A stretch of 64,000 nucleotides of DNA, from NCBI GenBank assembly GCA_951406725.2, contig OX597815.1:168516001-168580000 (forward strand). Direction: 5' to 3'. Position numbers and translations under genes: made by a program. Of this stretch, positions 24,196 to 39,410 are shown in pieces. A model generated the notes under the pieces. It saw nothing but the letters and a program-made list of their open reading frames with translations, was not told the DNA's origin and did not search any database. The DNA comes from Octopus vulgaris (lineage: Eukaryota). Numbering within the stretch: position 1 is the first letter of the stretch; each line of letters opens with the position of its first letter.

Positions 24196-25320
24196 TCATC
24201 ATCATTATTTAACGTCCATTTTCCATGTTGGCATGGGTTGGATGGTCTGACCGACAGCAGCTGGTCAGCTGGAGAGCAGTCCAAGCTCCATGTCTGTTTC
24301 AGTATGATTTCTATGACTAGATGACCTTCCTAATGCCAACCACTTTACAGAGTGTACCAGATGCTTTTATACAGCACTAGCTTGAGTGTTTTTTTCATGG
24401 CACTAGCACATGTTTTTTACATGGCACTAGCACCCATGAGCCCACAAGATTAGCTATGCTCAGCTGAAGATGAATGCAGACGACATGTCTGTATGCAAGG
24501 ACAACCACATATTTACTTAGCTCGAGATGTCTTGTCAAGCACAGCAAACTGCCAGAAGTTTTGATCTCCTGTCATCCCCTCTGCGAGGCCCAACATCTGA
24601 AAATCCTCTCACCACTGCATTCAACATCTTCCTAAGTCTACCCCTCCCACATTATGTTCCCTCAACAGTTAGAGCTTCACACTTCTTGATGAAACTGACT
24701 TCAGTCATATGCATTACATGACCATATCAATGCAGTTTTCTTTCTCTCTTGCACACTATGTCTGATGCCCCATATACCCAGTTTTTCTCTCAAATCACTT
24801 ACACTCTTTTGGGATCTTTTCGGTTTGAACGGCAGTTTTTCTAGCGGTGTCATATGAAATTGTCTCCCATAATTATGACCCTAGTATCGATCTATTGCAT
24901 TTCAATCTGTTTTAGGGTTAGGGTTAGAGGTGGGGGAAGGGTATCTTTTTTTCTTCAGAAATGTAAATAAACCCAATCTGTTTCTTAAACGAGGGACATA
25001 TTCATACGGCACAGAATGTTTTCAACTCAATAGACGTCATTGATTGGTTGAAATTGCAGAAATTGAAGAAAAAAAACAACAAATATCTTACAAACTATAG
25101 AATTTTCTCAATAAAGCCAAGAGAAAAAAATGTTTTATAAACACATTCTACCAGTATACGAAGTTTAAAGGTGTTTAGTTACGTGGAAATTATTTTTAAA
25201 AACTGCTGTTCAAACCGAAAAGATCCCTCTTTTGTATATGCACACTGACGTTACCCATCCAGCAGAGCATACTGGTTTCATTTCTTTCAAAACTTCACAT
25301 GTCCTCAACAGTCACAGCAT
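24196..25320 (-). mobile_element. Degenerate RTE LINE 3' part interrupted by a MITE
   Basis: 3' UTR tail at about 24200-24360. The region 24500-25320 aligns to the RTE ORF2 end at 57000-57330 (for example CCAGCAGAGCATACTGGTTTCATTTCTTTCAA vs CCAGCAGATCATACTATCTTCATTTCTTTCAA). Confidence 0.7.
24812..25226. mobile_element. MITE with GG termini, 8-bp TSD and internal TTAGGG repeats (Merlin- or hAT-like)
   Basis: TIR GGATCTTTTCGGTTTGAACGGCAGTTTT, perfect TSD CTCTTTTG (24804-24811 / 25227-25234). A second copy is at 58236-58871. Confidence 0.85.
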
Positions 25321-26814
25321 TAAAACTGAAGAAAGAAATACAGATATCTAATCGTGTCTAAACCAGTGTTTCCAAGCTTGATTTCTATATTTGTCCTCCA
25401 TGTATAATAAGAAAGAAGCAGTCTTATAAACAACATAATTTATTGCATATTATTAACTGCCTTATATTAATTTAACCTTATCCTTGTTACAATAAAGCAG
25501 CAAATTTGAAGAGTCATTTGAGCATCAGAAAAAATACCTTGCAGTATTTGTTCTTATATCTAAGTTCAAATTTTGGCTAAGGTCAATTTTGCCTTTCTTC
25601 TCCTGGGCATCAATAAAGTACCAGTCTAACAGTTGTCAAGATGCTTTACGGTAGATGTTCTGGCTCTTAGCATTCTGATGGCATTGTCTCGATAACACAG
25701 GTATTAAACTGAACCAACTCTTGACTCTCCCTTGGCTAGCATTGGTGGAGTTGTGAGGGTAGATTAGCATACATAGGCATGAAAATATTGGTCAGGTCTT
25801 CACCTTGGAAAGAAACTTCCCAAGTTTAAAGAAAATATTCAATTGTATTTAACTTCAGCAATTTTAGGAGTGAATTAAAATCTGTGTGTTGCATTTTTCT
25901 ACTAATCACTCTCGATGATATTAATAAAATAAGTACCAGTTGTATACAAAGATCAATTTAAGTAAATATAGTATATTTACTCAATTATAAGTCACACTAT
26001 TTTATAGTTGATTTTAACTGAAAAAAAACTGGGGTGCAACTTATATACAGGACGAAACAAAAACTATAACTCTTTAGTATTTAAACCAGCCATATCCAGA
26101 CCAAGTATTCTACCTGTTTTATGTTCAAACCAGCCAGATCTAGCCTCTTGTACCTACTAAAAAGGACATTGTATAATGTAACCCTTGATTTGCTAAATCT
26201 GGAAAAAGATGATGACCATAGCTGAAATGCTTTGGGTCATAGGTTTCTGTAATCTTGATTGGGGATGATCAGGAGTTAAACAGAAGCTACAATAACTACA
26301 GTGAAATCTCTGTGATAACTTTATCAAGGAAAAAACAGAAGCTTTGTGTGAATACTATCAGAATGACACAGAGAAAAATAGTTTGTCGACAAATAAAGAA
26401 ATTTTCTGTATGTCAAATATTTTCTGTGTTGCTTTCAGAGAAACATTCCCATAAAGAGAATATTGTTAAAAACATTAAAAGAAAATAAATGAATGAGAAA
26501 TACAGGTCATGCAAAACACATAATGAGCGATGAACGAAAGAGCTTTCTATAATAAGATGTACTGGTGAAATATAATATGGAAAACATATGTTACTTGTCT
26601 AGAGAATGAATGTTTACAAAAAGAGCAGAAGAGAAAAATAAACTTGTTACAAATGTTCTCTAAAGACAGCTAATCAAACTTTCACTACAAAGTTTACAGA
26701 GTTAAAAATTTCATATTGTCAAAAGTAATATAAAATAACTACTGAAAAAAAAATCAATAAAGTAACTAGTGAAAAGAAAGAGAGACAGACAGACAGAGAA
26801 AGTAAAATATATTT

Positions 26815-27906
26815 TCACAATCTTCTGCAATCCTTCTGGATGGTCTTCCTTTTTAAGTTGGTGAATGCTGCCATAATTCTTGCCTTCAGTTCATCTTTAC
26901 CAGGAGTTTTGTTGGTCTCTCACTCAACTGCACCCCACACATAATAATCAAGTGGAGTTGCAGCCTGGAGAGTTAGGTGACCAGATGTTAAGAATGATGT
27001 GGTCGCAGAAATTGTCTGACAGCTATGACTGGGTTCTGCTGCTTGTTTGGCATAGTGCAGAGTCCTGTTGCCAGGCATAGAGTCTTTCAGCAACCACCTT
27101 CTTGACCAGGGCAGCACTACCTCCTCCAGGCACTTGATGTAGGCCTCCGTGTTGAGACTGAGGCCATGTGGGAAGATGAATGGAGGCATAACATTGCCAT
27201 CACTAGTGATCACTCCAAACAACATGATGTTGACTGGATGTTTGATTTTTTATCAGTCTCAGTACATGTTTTGGGGACATGGCAAGCCAACGGTTGTTCT
27301 GTGTTTTCACATCTAATCCTGGCAGAAATTTTTCTCGTCTGAGAAAAACCAAAGCATGTTTAGTTGGAAGGGATGCTTGAGTTTGTTCAAAAGCTTCGTA
27401 ATGTGGTCTTTCCTTTCGTCCTTGATGGCGTGGGATAAAAATTGGCCCTTTCTCATCTTGTATGAGGAATACCAAATATTTTCATGTACTCAGACACACC
27501 CATGTCTTTGGAGATGGACCTGATTGACTTAGAGGGATCATTGTCAATCATGGTCTGGATCTCATCAACAAATTCAGGAGTTCTTTTCTTATCAGAACGA
27601 TCAGAGTGAGTTTTCCAAATTACCGTACCTTCACAAACACCATTAGATTCATTCACTGCAATGTCCTCAGTTTGACACCCAAACTCTCTGAAATGTTTGT
27701 ATTGAAGTTTCCAGCATGAATGCCATGCAGTACAGCATGTCGTTTCCAAATTTCTGGCAGAGCGAATTGCGTCATGGTGCTGTTTTTCTCATAGACAGTG
27801 CCCAACTGACCCTACTATACTGTGTAGTTGACAAAATCAAAAACAAACAATGCACATGCAGGAAATTAAAAATATAAAATGGCAACAATTTATCCATTAT
27901 ACCCTA
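26815..27906 (-). mobile_element. Degenerate Tc1/mariner transposon, DD37D (maT-like)
   Basis: Frameshifted transposase: FGVITSDGNVMPPFIFPHGL.LNTEAYIKCLEEVVLPW...WQQDSA...IWSPNSPGCN(P)LDYYVWGAVE. There are 37 residues between the last two Asp after correcting a 1-nt insertion. The 5' end is near 27906 and the 3' TIR was not seen. Confidence 0.8.
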
Positions 27907-30094
27907 TGTATGTATATATATATATATATATATAAAACAAAAGGATTCTTCTTTATGCATAAGGTCAAAATCAGTCAGAGAACCTTTCTATCTTTCTGTA
28001 TTTGAAAACCACATTGAATTGAGAGTAATCTAATAAGGTCATATTAAATAATTTTATTATATATGTATGAAAATGTAATTAAGTTTATTGTAAAAAAAAA
28101 TGTAATTATAAATATTTACATAAGAAATAAAAAATGTAAACTGATTTTTTGTTTATAACTTTGTATACTTATAATTAACAATCAAGAAATTTTTTTGTAG
28201 AAAATCTTGACTTTTACCAAAAGATGGTATACCAGGTTTTAAAAGCAGCAGTTTTAGTTCATAATTTACAAGAGATTTAATTGGATCAAGTGGGTGAAAG
28301 CTGATTGAAGGTAGTATTGTTAATATGTAGATAAAAGAATTTTTTTTCAGCAAGAATATATTGGAATGAAGAAAGTTCTAGGGAGTGTCAGTTTTGGGAA
28401 TGAAGGATGGCATTTAATGTTAAGTACTTTGGTTTTACAGAAAGAAACCAAGTGTGAGAAATTTGAAAGAGAGAAGCAGCTAGAACAAGTATATTTGAAG
28501 ACAGACAAAATGCAGTCGAGTCAGCAAGCTCTGATGAACAAAGTCTATGAGACCAACATTTGAAGAGGTACAGGAAGTACACAGTATAATGATCACAAAA
28601 ATAGCTTTCTACTGCTTCTACTGCTGCTGTTGCTGCTGCTGATGATGATGATGATCATGATGATGTTTAATCCCAGCTCAACCCAATTAGGCAAACTTTA
28701 GATCAAAATAATTCTAGCTATGACTAGCCTGTCTTGTTGCACATCACCGTCTATGTGTTACCATTTAAAATAATAGGGAGTATTATTTAAAATAATAGGG
28801 AGTAATTTGAGAGAGATTTGACTGTTATTCTTAGTAGGTTGAGTAACTATGTAGAGGTGTTGAGGTTCTCTCAAGGAATCCAAAGTGTCAGGGTTTAAAG
28901 GAGAACAGCATCCAATAAGAGAGGAGTTCTCCTCAGTGGAGCATATTTATAAGTTTTGGAAATGGTCAACAGATGTTTAAGAGTGTAATAGTTCTCACTT
29001 CTAAAATAGACTATGCACATATACATACATGCATGCATGCATACAAGCACACATATAATTGAATGTTTTATCTTTTATTTAAATTACAAAAACACAGCTA
29101 TGTGAATACCATTATAATCAGATTGATTGAAATTCATTCAACCAATTTCAGTTTTGTGAAAGTTGAATAAAAGAGCATGTATATTGGAATTCAATAGTAG
29201 AGATCACTTACAGAAATTAACCTCTACAGAATTAACTTCAATATCAATTAAATCTTGGTATTCTCCACACAATTCTTTACATAACAAATTGATTATTTCT
29301 TACAAGTTGTTAACAAGAGTGAATAGTTTTCATTTTTTTTTTTTGTATCCATTTATGCAATTAGAAAAGGAATTCCTGACATCATTTTAATAGCTATTAC
29401 TGTTGTTGTTATTGTTTTATTTTTGTTCAAGGGATTTTTGGTAAAATTATTATTCAGTCTAAGAAGGAAGGGAAGCATCCATGATTATGACAAGCCCCTT
29501 TTTCACACCAGTGAAATTAATGTCATTAATGTTTAATGTCAACAACTGTAAGTTGATGCTTGTTGGGAAAACACAACAAGGAAGCCTCCACAATTTGCTA
29601 GAAATAGCAACCAATTCACATATTACATCCAATCATCTTAAAAAAAGAAAGAGTGAGTTTCAAAAACTAAGAAATAGTGGTCATGGCTAAAATGCTTTTA
29701 ATGTGGACCTGCTCAACAGGAGCTCACCTGCAAATGAATAACAATATGAACAGGGAGTTGTTGCAGAGAATAGTAATTTAGCAGGAGGAAAAGTAAAGTT
29801 AAGAACTAATGTGCATGGTTTGTGGAGTAAGAAACACTTGGGAGGCAACTGAACTTGAAAGGAGACAAAACACAGTTCATTATTTCAGAGAATTATGCAC
29901 CCTTATAGAAGAAAAAGTGCTATTTGCGTAATGTACAGTAAGATTCACAATGATGATTTGCATTTGATCCTGCTGGTATGTATTAAGAATATATATTCAA
30001 ATCATCATTTTAGATCTCAATTTAAATAATGCCAATTACAATTTTTATAGACTGACAAATATAAGCACTGATCAGCAAACAGTTTTCTTTGTTG

Positions 30095-32365
<2,271 letters not shown>

Positions 32366-35300
32366 ATATACTGTGATTGTTGTAGCTTAGTATTATTGAA
32401 AGTGATTGCACTTTGAGTGTTAACTGGAGAAGATAAAGTGAAGTTATCACTTTGGTTGTGATCCAGTAACAAGACTTTCTTTTCCCCACTCTCACACAAA
32501 CAACAAGGGTCAAAACCTCAGATATGGCAACTGAATTTATCAAATTTTTCTAGAAATCTCACATAAACTAATTGTTTTCTCAAATTTTGGTTTTTACACT
32601 GTCTTTCAAATATTTGCTAAAAATAGGAATAATAAGTTTGGTAAATTTACTCTATTTCACTCTAACCCAAATTGCTATACTTTTACAAGATCCACTCCCA
32701 ATACTAACTATATATTATAAAAAGCAGTTTTTATCAACCACTTCCACCAAGATACATATATCTAGGCAATGTACTTCATTATTTTAGCTACAGCTGTAAC
32801 TCTTGCGTATTTGTTGAAGATTTCACTTTTTGTGTACACAGTGTTTGCACTCTGTATCCAAAACAAAGATCCTTCTCGGATGCTATAGCACTTTGGAAGT
32901 TCCTGCTACTAATCAGTCTTGACTATGTCCACTATAAAGACTTTTACTAAGACACATTATTCCTTATTTCAAAACATTTATAGATATCCAACAAAATATA
33001 CAAAGAATTAGTTTGAAATAATTTTTAAATGTCTGAAATGTTCATTTATGAAACAGAAATGCTTCAATTTATTCCACTTCACAAATTCACCATACTTCAA
33101 TTTCGATTATAAAACTAAAATTATATTCTCTTGAAATTTAATTATTCCTTATTGTTACAATGCACTCTCCTTCTTTATATATTAGTAGACACATGTCTAG
33201 TTACTATCTAATAAAAATGACTTCTTTCACAAGATTATACCATTAGGAAATTATCGTAATGACAAAGATAAAACCGATGGTTAATATTGTATAGTGAGTG
33301 GAAGGATGGTGTGGCAAAAGCATGTGACATTTATGTATGTGTATTTACATTCTGAGTTCAAGTACTGACAGAGTTGTATTTACCTTTCAAGGGTCAATAA
33401 AATAAGTGCCAGTAGTAGATGAGGGTTAGTTCTAATGACATTATTTCTTTCCTAACAAAGTTAGAAATCAATTATTTAACCAAGAGTTTCAATAATATGT
33501 GAAGCCACATAAACAAAAATGTCTGGCCATAAATATGATTGGTAATGAGTAGATCAATCAGTTGGTTAGTAGATCACAGAGATGGACTGAAATTACTATT
33601 GAGATGTAAAAAAATTAGTTGACACCTTAAGTAAGCAGCAAATGTTCACGTAGTACTGTGACTAGCCATGTTGAAGAACGTAGTATGAAAAAAAAGTAAA
33701 AAAAAAACATACATTTACACAAGCGGTGATTTTACAAAAAAAAACAAAAAAGGAAGAAAGAGGGAGAGAACGCAAGATAAAAGACATATTAAAGTAGGTT
33801 GTTTTGAAATGTTTAAAATTGGTGTAAATAAGCTTATTTTATGCATATAACTAATTCTAATAATGTATATAAATAGATTCGTTCATGTTGCTATTTCAGA
33901 CCTTCATGTTAAAGACTCACCTACATATATTCCAAATATAACTTCCTTTGTTGTGCTTGTTTGGTAAATGATTTTATGTAAGGTCATGTGTTGAAACTAA
34001 ATCAAATACATTTCGGTAAAGTCATTCACATTAGTCCTTAAAATACACATACATTGCTGTTTCACTTTCATTTCATTTATTTTATTTTTTTTTACAATAG
34101 TATCAATGACTTTCATAGAACAATTTATATTCTGTCACTTGACAGTATCTATTAGAAATCACTTGGTATATAAACTGAGACATTTCTTATTACTACTGAG
34201 ATTTACCTTCCTGTTTCTTTTTTCCTCTTCTCTCCATTTTTCTCATATATACACGCATTCTCTCATTCTAACCATCTCTTTTACAACAATGTCCATTAGC
34301 TTATCATAATTGCTTATTTCTTTTATTTTTACTGTTTCTTTTTGTAGTTTTGTTTTGTCTTGTGACTCTGTTGTAAAAGAAAGAAATAATGATAGAGCTG
34401 AGATGATTATAACAGTGTATGTATGTTTTAAATAGCTAATATGACTCTACCCCATTGATCAAAACTTAATAATTTTACAACACAAGCTATGGTAAAAGTG
34501 TTTTGCTCAAGCACTTCATTATTAGGATGTGCATCCACTCAATTTCTGATCATCTAACTTGAATAAAAGTGACCTTAAGAACAAATCCCATCAATGACCA
34601 TTCTTAGATAAAATTTGAACTATTGTAATTCTTTGTTAGTGCTAGTATCAGTTCCTTTCTATTTCCTAACTGTAAAACTGTAGTAGCACTCAAGAAATAT
34701 TATTTGTTCAATAACAAGAGTTCAACTTACAGGGGATATAATTCAGTAGGTTGTCTGAACAAAGGAATTCTGTCAGATTCACTTAATAATATATTTTTTT
34801 TTAATTCCATAAAAACTGTGATGACAATATTGAAAATGATAGATAGTCACATTAGTTCCTATATTGTATCTTATTTTATGCTTCATTGCTTTGGCTTCAA
34901 ATCTTACCAGAGGCCTTACCTTAGTAAATAAAATGAGAGCATACAATATATTGGAGCTTAATACCATGAACAATATCCCTTCCCTTAGAAAAAGAGGTAT
35001 TGAGGTATATCAAAAGAAATAATTATTTCCATTAGATGTTTACAATAAGAACATTTTGTTGTATGTGAAAGCTATTGATTTCTTCCCTTTTTGAATATAC
35101 AAAAGCAAGCTTACTGTTCCGTAAGCAGATCAAATTTTCTGCAACCCATCTCTTCATTGCAGCACCACTGAAGATTTTGTTTCCATGCAGTTTAACTAAG
35201 GCAAGTCAACCTAAGAGAGACCATTTATTTCCATGCTAAACATGTAAGAAAACTTCAGCTCTGTAACTGAAACTGAGAAAGCAGATTTCAATTGTAATGC

Positions 35301-36203
35301 TTCAGCTGTTTGCAGCATTGAACTTGTACTGATTTACAACTAAGTAAAATATACCATTGTTTTATTAGTAAGGCTAATGAATAAGGGCAGCAGCCATAGC
35401 TTTCCAAGATACAGATAACTAGGGAAAAGTTAATGAGATGTGCGCAAGTATAGCTGTATGGTTAAGAAGTTTATTTCATAGTCCCATACCTCCAGGTTCA
35501 ATCCCACTACATGGTACATTGGACAAGGGCTTTCTAGCAAGACTTGTGAGTGAAATTGGGTAGACAAAAACTGAATGGAAGCTCATTGGAAGGACTATAT
35601 TTGATGAATGGTTTCTCTTCTTTTCTCATCAGCAGTTTTAATGGCCCTGTAAAGGTTAATGGGTACAATCCTTCCTCTTCTAGCTAGGCCATAAAAAAGT
35701 TAATGTTTAGTCTGAATTCTTGTTTAGTGGCTGAGAGAAGATCATGAGCATGGGATGTGTGCCAAAGGTTGTAGTAAAAGGAAAGAAAGATCAGGAAAAG
35801 TGTTTAGTGCAGAAAGAAAGAGTGTAAGGAAGAAGAGAATCAGATACAACAGAAATTTAGCAGATCTCTAATGCAAGGTGAATCTGTGCATTGTACAGAA
35901 TTAACAGTTGTGTTAAGAGCTGAAGTATTTTCCAGCTCTTAAAAGGAAAACCAAAGCCACTATGAAGCAATTTAAACAATCTGAAATAAGTGTAGTCACC
36001 TTGAAAGAAAAGACAAGATACAAACCAGCTCCTTTAGGTGGGGGTTGGGAGTAGACTGATGTATTATTAACTCAGTGACCTATCTCTCCTAGATTTTCTC
36101 TAATAACTGCTTATCTACACAGTAAATTTATCTTGATCATGCTTTACTTTTCAGTATCAAATGACACTGATTGTTATATTACATATCTCTTTTTTATTCA
36201 TAC

Positions 36204-36234
<31 letters not shown>

Positions 36235-37282
36235 TACTCACATATATATATGTATGAATACAACGTACATACATTTCCAACATTAAGCACACACACTGCA
36301 GTGTGTAACATTCCAGTTTCCATGGTAATCATATTATAATGTGTTCTCTCTCAGTCAATGCTTTAATTGGAACAACTGACAAGAAATCAACTTTTTCTAC
36401 ACCAGTAATTACCATAAATTTGATAGTAATGTCACAACAGATCCATACCACCTCTGCTGTGTAATTAGAAAGTCTATTGCCATCACAATTGTCAATAGAA
36501 TACTAGGCATATTATTTCTTGCATAGTTTCCAACGCTAATAATGCAATTTTATTTTCTGACATTATTGATTCATTTCAAAACTATGTGGTTTTGATTATA
36601 CTTTTGGTTTTTTTTATGGAAATAATAGCACAGCTTTGTAACAATTTGCATCACTGACTTGCTATAAATTAGCCTTTGTTTTATCTATATTCACCATGTA
36701 GACACAGAACTTGCAATAAATTAGCTTTTCTTTTCATGTATATTCTTCATGTAGAATCATAGAGAACACTAACCAATTAACCAACTAACAAATGTGAAAG
36801 TTTCTGTATAGACATTCAGCTTGCTAACATGACAGCTAGACCTCTTTTAACAAATTTGCTACTTTTTAAATACATATCATGCATTTTTGTCCTAGATTTT
36901 AAGATAGTATTCCTCAAAAATATACAAGATTATCATATCAAAAACGTTGCTGAAAAAAAACATTTGGCATAAACTGGGCAATTTATGCCTGTTCAAATTA
37001 CAACTAATCTTTGTAATAAGATCTGTTTCACAATGGAGTAAGTACAACATATTTAGTGCAGTGGACCTGCAAGTCACACCAAATAGATCTGATCCAACAC
37101 AACTCACACACATGACTAAACCAGATATGTGGAGAGATATGTCAGTGAGTTCCAAATTATGTCATAAGCAACGCTTCATTATCATTAACCCTTTTGTTAT
37201 CATATTTCTATTGAAATACACTTACCTTTGTTTCAATTAACTTTTAAAATAACAAATAATTTAGTAAAATAACTTTTTTGTT

Positions 37283-37697
37283 CAGTTCTATATTTTAGAG
37301 ATGAGGAATTATGTACATTATTTACATTCGATGGATATTTGTCCTCATCTTGTTTGTTGTTAACACAACGTTTCGGCTGATATACCCTCCAGCCTTCTTC
37401 AGGTGTCTTGGGAAAATTTCGAACCTGGGTTCTCATTCCTAAGGTATTTTTCAATGTTATTATTGGGCATATGGCATAGTGGTTAAGAGCACGGGCTACT
37501 AACCCCAAAATTCCAAGTTCGATTCCAAGCAGTGACCTGAACAATAATAATAATAACATCGAAGAATACCTTAGGAATAAGAACCCAGGTTCGAAATTTC
37601 CCCAAAACACCTGAAGAAGGCTAGAGGGTATATCAGCCAAAATGTTGTGTTAACAACAAACAAGATGAGGACAAATATCTGTTGAATGTAAATAATG
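37283..37697 (+). mobile_element. tRNA-headed element flanked by inverted hammerhead-bearing Penelope-like arms
   Basis: 149-bp inverted arms (37316-37464 / 37549-37697), a central tRNA-like segment at 37465-37537 with A and B boxes, and a 12-bp TSD AACT(T/C)TTTTGTT (37271-37282 / 37698-37709). Confidence 0.8.
37363..37406 (-). ncRNA. Minimal type I hammerhead ribozyme motif
   Basis: ACAC-CTGAAGA-A-GGCTG(GAGGGTATAT)CAGCC-GAAA-CGTT-GTGT: intact core with palindromic AACGTT in place of helix III. The plus-strand partner at 37607-37650 has CpG-type changes (CCGAAACG to CCAAAATG). Confidence 0.75.
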
Positions 37698-37851
37698 AAC
37701 TCTTTTGTTATTAAACCAGTGTTTGGAACAAATTAACATACAATTTTGAAAGAAGATTTAATTCAGACCCCTTTAAAACAAGAAGATTGTGTCATAGAAC
37801 CAGGAACAGTCTCAAGCAGATTGTTTATTGCTTAACTCTTTTATATAAAAA

Positions 37852-38235
37852 CTAGCAGTATCGCCCGGCGTTGCTCGGGTTTGTAAGGGAAATAACTATA
37901 AAGCATTTTTGAGAGTTATAGCAAAAAAATGCATTAAAAATGGAAAAAATATGATGGTAAATTTTTTTTTAAATCGTTGACTCATCGTAAACATTTTTAG
38001 AGAGTTACTTCCCTTATATTTAAAAAAATATGCATTAAAATGGAAAAAAAATGATGGTTAATTATTTTTAAAATCGTAGACTCATCGTAGACGCGCGCTA
38101 ATACCCAGAAGGGCTCAATATGAATCACGACTATAAGATACCAGGCTTTGGTTAAACTGCACCGCAAAATGTGGGAGTAGTTAGGAATCTAAATCGGAGT
38201 AGACAGACACACAACCTTACTTTTATATATAAAGA
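37852..38235 (-). mobile_element. Non-autonomous Helitron
   Basis: Canonical A|TC...hairpin CCCGAGCAACGCCGGG...CTAG|T on the minus strand. Near-identical to 8406-8803. Confidence 0.88.
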
Positions 38236-38733
38236 TGTATTTGATATAGATGTATAATAAAAACGGTAAAAATAAACTGTTGGAAAATGAAATGTAAAAT
38301 ACTGACTTTGTTCAGAGCAATCTAGAACAATAAAAGAATCCCTTAGTGGAAGTTGTAGAATTTTAAGAGTTTTAAAATTCTGTTTTCAATTCACTATAAA
38401 GAATTAAGCAATGAACAATACTTTCTTTATACTTCCGTAACTTTTATACAAGATATATGTTAACCACATGATATCATTTCATTTCATTGTCCACTTTCTA
38501 TGCTCGCATGAGTTAGACAGAATTTGTTGAGGTACATTTTCTATGGTCGGATGCCCTTCCTGTCACCAACCATCACCTATTTCCAAGTAATGTAATATTT
38601 CCACATGATCAGATGAGACATGTTTTCATTGGATACTGAAAATGAATGACACTATTTGTATGACTGTGACACTCATTTATAACTATCATGTGACATCAAG
38701 ACAGTAACATACACATACACATATACATATATA

Positions 38734-38769
<36 letters not shown>

Positions 38770-39021
38770 TGTATGTATGTATAAATTAATAATAAGGAGA
38801 ACAGAGATTTATATAAACTGGATATATAAATCTCTGTACTGATAATAAATTTATTATTTCTTCTCTACCAACAACATGCAGTCTCTATAGAGACATGGAT
38901 TTACTGATGTGAAGATCGACTGAGGATAGTGAAATAAACTAACCGAAGCTTTTCTATGCTCATGGAGGCTAGCCAGCATTGATTGTATATCCCTACTAGC
39001 TTAATTTGGAAGTTCTTGAGG

Positions 39022-39410
39022 AGACCTACTGAGCCAAGTACGTCAACACCAACATCAAAATAAAAATCAAATGGAAATTGTAGTTAAAATACCCATGCCG
39101 GAGACACGTAAAAAAGCACCATCCGAATGTGGCAGATGCCAGCGCCACCTGACTGGTGTCTGTGTCGGTGACACGTAAAAGCACCAACCGATCGTGGCCG
39201 TTTGCCAGCCTCCTCTGGCCCCTGTGCCGGTGGCACGTAAAAAACACCCACTACACTCACAGAGTGGTTGGTGTTAGGAAGGGCATCCGGCTGTAGAAAC
39301 ACTGCCAGATCAGACTGGAGCCTAGTGCAGCCTCCTGGCTTCCCAGACCCCGGTCAAACCGTCCAACCCATGCTAACATGGAAAACGGACATTAAACGAT
39401 GATGATGATG
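39022..39410 (+). mobile_element. RTE-LINE 3' UTR fragment
   Basis: Three ACACGTAAAA(A)GCACC units, GAGTGGTTGGTGTTAGGAAGGGCATCC, and a CGGACATTAAAC(GAT)n tail. Confidence 0.8.

Larger units (their letters stand above)
37185..37825. mobile_element. Degenerate piggyBac-type MITE hosting the 37283-37697 insertion
   Basis: Starts TTAACCCTTTTGTTA. The flanking halves resemble the reverse complement of 23331-23550 (TTTCAATTA.CTTT..AATAACAAA.AATTTAGTAAAATAACT). Confidence 0.6.

Noticed and set aside
24911-24927. True telomere or chromosome fusion site
   Set aside because: Only 2-3 TTAGGG units, and they are an internal part of a MITE present twice.
37465-37537. Functional tRNA gene
   Set aside because: The acceptor and T stems pair poorly and it is embedded in a TSD-flanked repeat. 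Treated as a SINE-type head, like those at 8819, 11106, 20621 and 55325.
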